NCBI GenBank assembly: GCA_001275005.1
Contig: JWZX01002605.1
Coordinates: forward strand, 1 to 62,587
Direction: 5' to 3'
From: Chrysochromulina tobinii
Lineage: Eukaryota
DNA: 62,587 nucleotides
A program made the translations under genes and the position numbers. Within the stretch, counting starts at the first letter, position 1. Each line of letters opens with the position of its first letter. This document shows positions 55,201 through 62,587 of this stretch, in pieces. The notes beneath the pieces are model-generated. The model ran no database searches and was not told the DNA's origin. It saw only the letters and a program-made list of their open reading frames with translations.

Positions 55201-57373
55201 GCAAGGCCGCCGGCGTGGCGGGGAGTCCGGTGAAGCCCTCGGGCAGCGAGGTCGGTTCTGCCTGCTCAGTGTTGGAGATGTGGATGGGCCCGCCGACGCC
55301 CGAGCGTGAGACGGACTGGTACCAGAGCGACGAGGGAGTCGCGTGCGTCGCCGTGAATGTGAAGACGTCGAACGCGTACGCCGGGTGCGGTCCGACCACT
55401 TCGAGACCACGCCGCCGATCGGGGCCCGTCTCAGAATCACTGATGACGAGAGCATGCGCCGCAGGCACGCCGACCATCTGGAAGGTATACGTGATCCGTC
55501 GGCGAAGGTAGAGGGGCGTGCCGAACACGGAGCCGCTCCCGTCGTCCACCGAGTAACGTAACCGCCCGCGCTCCGAAATCAAGTGGACGCACAAGTGTGT
55601 GGGCTGAGGGTAGCAGGTGGCCGCATGGGTGGGGGCGGGGACGGCGTCCAGCTCGAGGCTGCGCGAGAGGGCCTCGGCGTACGCCAAAGGGAGGGGACGC
55701 GAGGGCGAGAGCAGCTCGGGCGGCCAATGGTCCGAGCCAGCGCATTCGGCGACCGTCCGGAGATGCAGCGCTCTCACGCCCGGGCGCTCGCGCCACTGCA
55801 CAGTGTCGGGCGTGACGGGCGGCAGCGGCGGCGCCGACGGTGCTCCGCGGCGCATCCATGCCGAAGCGTTGGCGGCGGAAGGGGCGACGGGGGCGCCCGC
55901 CGAGAGGCTCACGGACGACGGTAGAGAGTCCCAGAGCGCAAGCACCCGCCATAGCCAGCAGCGTGCCACTCGGAGCGACCAGACGCGGCTACTCACCTCC
56001 GACCCCGACGCAGCCGAGGTGGCGCCCAAGGCGGCGCCCGAGGCGGCGGCGGCGCCATCTGTTCTAGAACCCGCGCACGCGCCGCCCTGTACATGGGTCA
56101 GAATGCCGACGACCGCCCATCCCCCCCTGGTCGCGGCCGCCATGGCCTCCTCCTGGCTCGTTGGTCCGTATAAGACCTCACGGCTCGCCGCCTCCGCTCG
56201 TAATCCCTCGGCGACTGCGTGCGCCGCGATGAGCTCGCGCCCATAGTTGGCAGGCACTTGGTCCAAGTCGGTCGGGGAGGAGGTGGTGACGTCAAAGCCC
56301 GACGAGACACCGCTCGCACGGACGTCACTCCCCGGTTCGGTGGTGTGCTCGAGCGAGTCGTAGTATCGAAGCAGCGGCGCGCCAGCGTCACCAGCGCATC
56401 CGACCACCACACCCGTCGTGATCGCAAATGCGGCGGTAGCGGCAGCATCAGCGGCGGCCGCTGCCGCGGCCGCTGCAGAGGCCACCGCAGCCACGGCGGC
56501 CGCGGATCCCGTGCTGCCCGACGCTGCCGCCAATGAAGCCGAGGCGGCGAAGGCGGCGGCGGCGCGGGCAGCCGCAGCTGCAGCTGCAGCGTTGGCCGTG
56601 GCGGCGGCCGCGGCCGCCTCGGCGGCGGCCGCGGTGCTCGGTAACAGGTAGCTCTGGTTGGCTCGTATGGTGGCGAGTGGCCCGTCGTGAAAGCGCAGCG
56701 CATACCCGCTGTTCTCGAACACGGTGGACGAGTCGATCCCACCGCCAGCGCCTGCCACAGAAGACGGGTCGCGGCCTGCGCCGACAAGCCGCACAGGCTC
56801 ACCCACAGCCATCGATAAGAACGACAAAGGCAGCGGAGGGATGCAGTGCTGGCGTGGGCACGACTGCCGCACGCGAAACGCGATCACGTCCCAGCCGTCG
56901 CCGCACACCGCGCCGCCGGTGCAGACCAGCGGCATCAAAGCAGGCACCGAGTAACGGAACTCGAGCGCGAGCACCTCGCCGACAACGAGCCGATTGGGCA
57001 GCGCTTCTGCACTCAGCACCTCCAGGTCGGCGAGCGCATGCAGTGGACAGCCCAGGTGAGAAGCATTCGTCGAGGTATCTTCGGCAATCTTGCCGCTCGC
57101 GCACGCAGCGTGCTGCAGCACCGTAGTCGGCTGCTGAGCGAGTGCGCACGATGCTGCTGAGAGCACAACCTCGGGAGCCACAAAGACGCCGGTACAGCGA
57201 ACTGCCGCTGCTGCCGTACCCTGGCGACCCCAGAGTGCGACAACCGCCGGTGCCACTGCGGAGCTGTCCGCACCCGGTGGAAGCCCACGCAGCACGGCGC
57301 TCGTCAACACGAGCAGCAATTGGACGGCGCACAGCGACGCACGGGCGCCCGTGATCGGTAGTGTGTCCGGCAT
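34233..57373 (-). CDS. Giant secreted multidomain IPT/TIG protein (~7,600 aa); exons 57373-53903, 53814-51940, 51850-34874, 34733-34233
   Basis: Four ORFs joined in frame by three phase-0 GT-AG introns. Signal-like N-terminus (MPDTLPITGARASLCAVQLLLVLTSAVL), trypsin-like domain with lost catalytic residues, cupredoxin-like domains, YWTD-like propeller segments, six DPDxxD..GD..FD..T repeats, about 25 PxxGPxxGGT IPT/TIG repeats, UMOD/GP2-like Cys domain, discoidin-like domain and a C-terminal legume-lectin-like domain (GGEGFAVVLQ, SVAIQFDT, AYVGFTAATG). Confidence 0.85.
34734..34873 (-). other. 140-bp intron made of two identical 70-bp units (or two abutting introns)
   Basis: Unit (minus strand): GTGAGGATCGTATACCTCCTGATGACCTCTGATGATCTCTGATGACGCCCTTGATTGCCTCCCGCATCAG. 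The host sequence CCGCATCAG|GTGAGGATCGTATACCTCC occurs three times. Removal restores ..QPHQ|VRIVYLPP. Confidence 0.88.
40046..40153 (-). repeat. 9-bp coding microsatellite encoding (Ser-Gly-Ser)n
   Basis: GCTGCCGCT repeated about 11-12 times within the giant gene. Confidence 0.9.
51851..51939 (-). other. 89-bp phase-0 intron with duplicated splice site and CTCTGAGTAC repeats
   Basis: Starts G|GTGAGCACTGCCTG while the next exon starts G|GTGAGCACAGCCTG. Four 10-bp TCTGAGTACC units; ends GCCATCAG. Confidence 0.88.
53815..53902 (-). other. 88-bp phase-0 intron ending in a copy of the upstream exon end
   Basis: Exon ends CGACTTTGGAAAG|GTACGT and intron ends CGATTTTGGAAAG|GAC. Contains TTGATTGCCACTCTGATGACC and TGCATGCAAGTGCTCACCACGG. 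Confidence 0.78.
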
Positions 57374-57612
57374 TATTTGTCGCACGCGTCGTGCCGAACG
57401 CCGCACGAAAACACTGAATTTCATCGGGAGACGTACCGTACAGTCCCTGGACCGCGTCTGGAACGGTGGTCGGTAAAGGAGCAGGGGCGCTTCCGCTTGC
57501 GGCCGCATGAGTGACGACAGAGTGGCGAGTACAGGCACACCCATGCAGTATGTCGGAGAGAACCCAATCACGCCTCCCTCTGCGCCCCATCTTGCGCAAC
57601 CTGACGCCCGGC

Positions 57613-58173
57613 TCAATTCTTCTTCTTGCTCTTGAGCGCGGCCGTCGCCTTCGTCGTCGTCCCTGCCTGCTCTGTTCTGCTCTCCGCCCACTGCTTGAGA
57701 GGATCTGCCGCCGCCCATGGGCGCTCGTACGTGTGCCCGCGAAGGTAGATGAGCAGCGCCTTATTGTCCAGCAGCTGCATCGGCTGCGAGACTGACATGA
57801 CCATCATCGGCTGCGTCCATCCCCACACTGAGTAGATAACGATGGCCACAATGGCTCCCATCACATACTGCATCTGCGACTCTTTGAGTTTGGCCACGTC
57901 GTAGGCGCACGCGGTGCACGAGCCGTCCGCCGCCTTTTTGTCCTCCGCCAGATTAATCATTTTTCCGGGGTTGGCAACTCTCGTCTGGTCGTTGAGCGTC
58001 AACGCCCGCCGCATGGCCAGCTGGATGAGAAAGTAGCCGCCGAGCATGACGGTCCCGAACACCATTTGCAGCAGCAGCAAGTTCTGAGGATCGGTGAAGT
58101 CAGTCTTCTGCGCGAGCCACAGGATCGGCAGCATGGCCAACTGGCGCATCAGTTGGACAGGAGAGCTCGCCAT
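57613..58173 (-). CDS. SND3: SND3/PHO88 family (SRP-independent ER targeting) membrane protein
   Basis: ~186 aa with YDxxKL, hydrophobic hairpin, QPMMVMSVSQPMQLLDN..LIYLRG..ERPW and a basic C-terminus typical of PHO88/SND3. Confidence 0.8.
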   Translation of the reverse strand: MASSPVQLMRQLAMLPILWLAQKTDFTDPQNLLLLQMVFGTVMLGGYFLIQLAMRRALTLNDQTRVANPGKMINLAEDKKAADGSCTACAYDVAKLKESQMQYVMGAIVAIVIYSVWGWTQPMMVMSVSQPMQLLDNKALLIYLRGHTYERPWAAADPLKQWAESRTEQAGTTTKATAALKSKKKN

Positions 58174-58339
58174 GAGGGATGAGGCCACGGATCACACACG
58201 AGCCGTGAGGGGCTTTCCTTTCTTGTACATGTAACTCATGTACCGCTTCTTGGCCGCGAGACACATTACAGACAAGCCGAGCAGTGAGGAAAACTTCGAG
58301 CTCGAGCGCCGTTCCGGTCACTTGACATCATCGCACACA

Positions 58340-58908
58340 ATGTCCTACGCCGCGAACGCGCGGCCCGAACTCAAGGTAGGCGCTGGCGCGTTCGAGAACC
58401 CCTGGGCCACGGCGCCGGCGCGCGTGCCCTCGCTGACGGCACGCATTCCTCGCTGCCCTGCAGGTTGCGGAAACCTGGGACAAGTGCATTGAGAATACCG
58501 TGCTGAAGCTGGCGTATGGGACACTGGCCGGCGGCCTCGCCGCAATGATTCTATTTCGTACGCGAGCGCTTCCCGCGCCGCGCTCGTCGCATCCTTGGCG
58601 CGGTCCCATGCTGCGCTCGCCGCAACCTGAGTACTAGCGTCGACGGCACCTATCCGCCGCTTGCTGACCTCGCCGTCTCCTTGCAGGCTCACCGTCGGCA
58701 CGCTCGTCGATTGTTGGCCTCGGCTGCGGTGTGGGCGTGGGTATGGGTTATACGGACTGCAAGTGCGTGCATGGCGCACGCGACCTCGCGCTGCGCACGC
58801 CCCACCCTCCATTCCTCCGCTCATCCCGACTCGTGCTCGTCCGATTGCGCATACGTCCTCAGGGTGGAGTTTGACACGATCGCCAAGATCGAGAAGGAGG
58901 CAAACTGA
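58340..58908 (+). CDS. MIC10: MICOS complex subunit Mic10; exons 58340-58375, 58464-58557, 58687-58762, 58863-58908 (83 aa)
   Basis: Manual splicing at three GT-AG introns gives MSYAANARPELKVAETWDKCIENTVLKLAYGTLAGGLAAMILFRSPSARSSIVGLGCGVGVGMGYTDCKVEFDTIAKIEKEAN, with WDxC, LFR and GxGxGxGxY..C motifs. Absent from the ORF track. Confidence 0.93.
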
Positions 58909-59280
58909 GCCGTGCGGAGCCGGCGACGGCGGGGCCTGGCGTAGTGGGAGGATATCGAGGGTGCATCCCTCTCCGGGCTGAGGGCGTTTTCCAACACGAG
59001 TCGTCGCGTGGCAGCCCCCCCCACGTTCTCCGTTTGAGCCGGGGTTCACACACCGCGCGTCCCGCGGCTCGACGGCGGCAATTCCGAGATATTTTTGTAT
59101 CGTTTACACAAGTTCTTTCGTCTGATTCGCATGCCGTCTTTTCTACCACACCGCATGCGACCGACGTGATAAATGGTGGTTCCTCAGATCGCCGCTCATC
59201 TTCGAGATTCGTGCTCCGGTTAGGGACCGGCCGGGTCATCCAGATCCCTAGGGCCTAGGCGCCTAGCATAGTTCCATAGA

Positions 59281-61332
59281 CTATAAGGCCCACGCGTCCA
59301 CGTTGAAGGCTTGCCTCGCATTCGCCGCTGTGCGCGCCGCCGCGTCAGCCTCCGACCAGCCACGCGCGTGCGCTACCCTCGCGCAAGCCTCTGCGAGCGC
59401 CGCCGCCGCGCCGTCTGCCGTGTGCTCGTCCGATTCGAGAAGGAGTGCGTCGGCCGGCACGCTCGCGATCACGGCGGCCGCGCGGCGCAGCCGGACCGCA
59501 CGGGCGCTGAAGCCGAAGAAGATGCGGCAGGTCCGCGACGCGCTGGCGGACAGGCGGGCGAGCGTGGCAGCCGTCTCGACCGAACCGCCGAATGCATGCA
59601 TCACCAGCACGGGCGGCAGCGACGACGCGGCCGCCGCCTCGGCCCGCAGCAGATCCAGCAGTGCGCCGTCGGCGCGCACGCAGTGCACGACGAGCGCGCG
59701 GCGGAGCTCAGCGGCCAGTCGCAGCTGCGTCCGAAAGGCGACGAGCTGCGCGTCCCAGGAGCTATCGAGCCGCGCACGGTCGAGCCCTGCCTCGCCCACG
59801 ACAGCGCCCGGCTCACGCAGCAGCGATGCGCGCAGCCGCTCCGGCCACCCGTCGGTCTGCGCATCGACGTACCAGGGGTGCACGCCCATCGCGACGCGCG
59901 TCGTTCCGGTCACCTCTGCTGCCGCGGCCGTGGGCTGGAGAGCTGCCGCGTCAGCCGCCGCCTGCAGCATTGCGGGCCATTCGGCCTCTCCGACGCTCAT
60001 CAGGCACACGCCCGCCGGCGCCGGGCCTGCTAGCAGCGCTCGAGCCTCCCCGATGGCATGGGTATGCGAGTCGAAGATCGCCCAAGACGACGCGCTGGTG
60101 GACGGGCCTTCGCGTATTGTCGGCGTTGCCGCTGCCTCGCCACCGGCATCGGCAGGGAGATGGGAGGAGGAGGAGGCCGATTCACCCGGCTGTGTTTGTG
60201 CTGCTTGGGCTTCGCTTGTAACCGTCGGCTCAGCACCCATCCCACCGCCCTCGCCGACGCCCTCGCCGTCCTCCGCGTCCTCCGCGTCCGCCGCGTCCGC
60301 CGCGTCTGCCTCGTCTTCGCTCTCATTCCAAAGGTCGAGTATGGAGGCACCGGCCTCGGGAGGTGGCGCCAGTGGCGGCAGGGGCGGCAATGGCGGCCGT
60401 TCGGGCGTAGGCTCGCCTCGCGCAAGCACCTCTGTGATCGCCGCCGCCGCTGCAAAGCCAAATGCACCGGTGCCGAAGCACGCGGTGCCAAACCGGTCAC
60501 ATTGGGTGCCGAGGCCCGAGGCGATCGTACGCACTGGCTCGAGCGAGTGCACGCACTGCACGCCAAAGCGCTGCTTGCCGCGCCGGCGTCTCGGCGAGCC
60601 GGCCACGCCTTCCGGGTACCCATAGGCCTTGCGCAGGTGCCGACGCACATTCTTCAGAAGCAAATCGTCGGTGACGTTATACAGATCCGCCACGCGGATG
60701 GCCGTTGGGTCCGCCTTGCCACCGGTAGCGCCCACACACACCAGGTGCACGCCGAGCGCGTGCGCCGCGCGCACCATCGCCGCCTTCTCGCGATGCTCAT
60801 CGATAGCATCGAGGACCGCGAGCGTGCCGCCTGCGCTGTGTGCCTCGGCCGCCTCGTGCTGCAGCATGCCGTGCGCGTTAGCCTCCGTGACCCACTCCTC
60901 GCGCACATGCACGGCGCACTCGGGGTTGATTTCGATGATACGGGCGGCGAGCTCGCGAGCCTTGGAGCGGCCTACGGTGCTTTTGAGGGCGTGCAGCTGC
61001 CTGTTGGTATTGGAGATGCAGATCTCGTCGGGATCGATGAGGACGAGGGTTCCGACGCCGCTGCGAGCGAGCGCCTCGACGGCCCACGAGCCAACGCCAC
61101 CTAAGCCGACCACCACCACACGCGCTGAGCGCAGGTTGGACGGCGCCGCTTTGCCATACAGGCGCCGCACGCCGTCAAAGCGAAGGGCATAGTAATCTGT
61201 CGTGTCCTGCGGCTCCTCCGGCGGCGCATCCTCCTCGAAAAGGAGCGATGGTCCACAACAACGGCATTGGAGCTTGGGCTTACTAGGCAACATGAGGGTG
61301 GTGGTGAGCAATGCTAGGCGGTCGACGCGCAT
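59281..61332 (-). CDS. Fusion of a TcdA/TCD-type ThiF (tRNA ct6A dehydratase-like) domain and a TatD-family nuclease domain
   Basis: N-half RFDGVRRLYG, VVVVGLGGVGSWAVEALARSGVG, D..CISNTNRQLHA, LDAID, GGKADPT, DDLL..VR..LRK. C-half DSHTH, GVHPW, VGEAGLD, VVHCVRA, MHAFGG, LLLESD. Acidic linker between them, single frame. Start uncertain. Confidence 0.88.
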   Translation of the reverse strand: MRVDRLALLTTTLMLPSKPKLQCRCCGPSLLFEEDAPPEEPQDTTDYYALRFDGVRRLYGKAAPSNLRSARVVVVGLGGVGSWAVEALARSGVGTLVLIDPDEICISNTNRQLHALKSTVGRSKARELAARIIEINPECAVHVREEWVTEANAHGMLQHEAAEAHSAGGTLAVLDAIDEHREKAAMVRAAHALGVHLVCVGATGGKADPTAIRVADLYNVTDDLLLKNVRRHLRKAYGYPEGVAGSPRRRRGKQRFGVQCVHSLEPVRTIASGLGTQCDRFGTACFGTGAFGFAAAAAITEVLARGEPTPERPPLPPLPPLAPPPEAGASILDLWNESEDEADAADAADAEDAEDGEGVGEGGGMGAEPTVTSEAQAAQTQPGESASSSSHLPADAGGEAAATPTIREGPSTSASSWAIFDSHTHAIGEARALLAGPAPAGVCLMSVGEAEWPAMLQAAADAAALQPTAAAAEVTGTTRVAMGVHPWYVDAQTDGWPERLRASLLREPGAVVGEAGLDRARLDSSWDAQLVAFRTQLRLAAELRRALVVHCVRADGALLDLLRAEAAAASSLPPVLVMHAFGGSVETAATLARLSASASRTCRIFFGFSARAVRLRRAAAVIASVPADALLLESDEHTADGAAAALAEACARVAHARGWSEADAAARTAANARQAFNVDAWAL

Positions 61333-61619
61333 GCAAAGGGATGATGGATGAGACGCAAAGCAGCAATCCTCCACTTGGGAGAGGTGTCGACAAAGCGCCC
61401 ACGACGGCGGCAATTGTTTAGAGTGCTAACGCCGGCTTCCCCACCCCCGTATGTCGTTTTTTGTCGTGTGTCGTTTCGGTGGAGAGGAGCTCTTACTTTA
61501 GTCACTTTAGTTCTCTAGTCTCAGTCATGTACAGGACATGTACATACACTGTCTCCTTACCACATGTGACGATGGTCCGGTCAAAGTACGGACTCCGGTC
61601 CACCTGCCGTGCTCGGCCG

Positions 61620-61820
61620 GGCGGAACTCCGAGCCGGGGCTGCAGTCGTTGCAATCGGCGTCGGAAGCCCAGTTGCACGTCTCGGTGCACATGGGCGGTG
61701 GACGCGGGAACCGGGAAGCGCGGGCCGCAGTCGGCGCAGTCGGTGCCGTAGATGCAGTCTGCGTACTCGGCGCCGAGCCGCCGTCGTCGCAGAGGGAGTC
61801 GGAGGTGTAGAGACGCGCCC
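61620..61820 (-). pseudogene. Frameshifted remnant of two CDDGG..GTDC.DCG Cys-rich repeats
   Basis: YTSDSLCDDGG / GAEYADCIYGTDCADCGPRF / PPPMCTETCNWASDADCNDCSPGSEF are split between frames by indels; compare the intact motif at ~6745-6860. Confidence 0.6.
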
Positions 61821-62587
61821 GCTGGCGCGCCCCCCGAAGGGGACGCAAAAGAAGTCACTCGATGCCGCCGTCGCGCGACGGCGGCGGCGTCGAGAGACGA
61901 CAGTGTGAGTGTCGTGGCGCACGGCAGCTTGCCAGCCGCCTGGAGTGATTCAGTAGTGACGGTGGCCGCGCGGTGGCCTTGGTGACTGCGCGAGCGCGCG
62001 TGCCGGCTATGGCGGGCGTCGGTGGGCCCGCGGCCGGCCGGGTCGCGCGTCGGCGGCGCGATTCGCTGCGTAGCAGCGCCAGCAGAGGCGCTGTCACATG
62101 GAAGCCTCTTAGGCCGATAGAGCATTTTGGATTTCCGCGTTCGAAGAGCGACGCGCTCGCTTTTGTCCAAATGGAGCTGCACCCAATTGCTTAGAATCCA
62201 AAAATTGTACGCGACCCCCTAACGGCGGCAGCAACGCCGGCCCTGCCGCACCAGAGCTTACCTCAAAAAGGAGCTCTTTGTCAACGTGATCGTTCACGAC
62301 ACCAACCTGCAACGTTGGACGCGATGAGGTCGGTAGCAGGAGCAGGCGGCGGCGGAGGCAGCGGCAGCGGCAGCGGCAGCGGCAGCGGCACCGGCACCGG
62401 CAGCGGCAGCGGCAGCAGCCGAGCCACGCTCAGCTTCGCTTCAAGCGGTCTCTGGTGTGACAGGCCGGGCACCATTCAGCTATCCAACGCGTCCACGCGG
62501 TTCAATCGATGCAGCACGCACCGTCGCCGCCATCTGAACGCATCCTGCGTCGTCGACAACATGCGCTGCAAGATGTTGCGCCACGCC

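Noticed and set aside
62195..62587. Possible gene start (+ strand, ATG 62324, GS-repeat) or a minus-strand exon at ~62263-62307
   Set aside because: Truncated by the window edge and low complexity; strand and product cannot be supported.
1..62587. tRNA, rRNA, transposase, reverse transcriptase or telomere sequence
   Set aside because: None recognised by eye; no autonomous element that could explain the intron family is visible in this window.

Overview
A very GC-rich, gene-dense eukaryotic nuclear window with short GT-AG spliceosomal introns and no operons. The Pro-Ser-rich linkers, the CDDGG..GTDC.DCG motif and the CTGATG-rich introns suggest a haptophyte alga (Chrysochromulina-like); this is inferred, not searched. 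About 16 genes can be supported: a >2,490-aa PKD/REJ-like surface protein running off the left edge, two dispersed SEL1-repeat/U-box E3 ligase paralogs, a MYND-finger protein, an inactive rhomboid-like protein, an EGF/GT47 exostosin, a Kelch membrane protein, a tenascin-like EGF protein, an F-box protein, two coiled-coil proteins, a 2H cyclic phosphodiesterase, DBR1, a four-exon ~7,600-aa secreted IPT/TIG giant, SND3/PHO88, a four-exon MIC10 missed by the ORF track, and a TcdA-TatD fusion. Two things stand out. (1) Four short phase-0 introns are each bounded by a 14-28-bp duplication of the host splice-site sequence and carry TCTGATGACC-like units; one is present as an exact 2x70-bp tandem. 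This looks like an active intron-generating mechanism without terminal inverted repeats. (2) The SEL1-U-box pair has 108-bp repeats that are near-invariant except at codons on one helical face, which suggests a diversifying, immune-like ubiquitin-ligase family. All family assignments are by eye from motifs; no database search was run.
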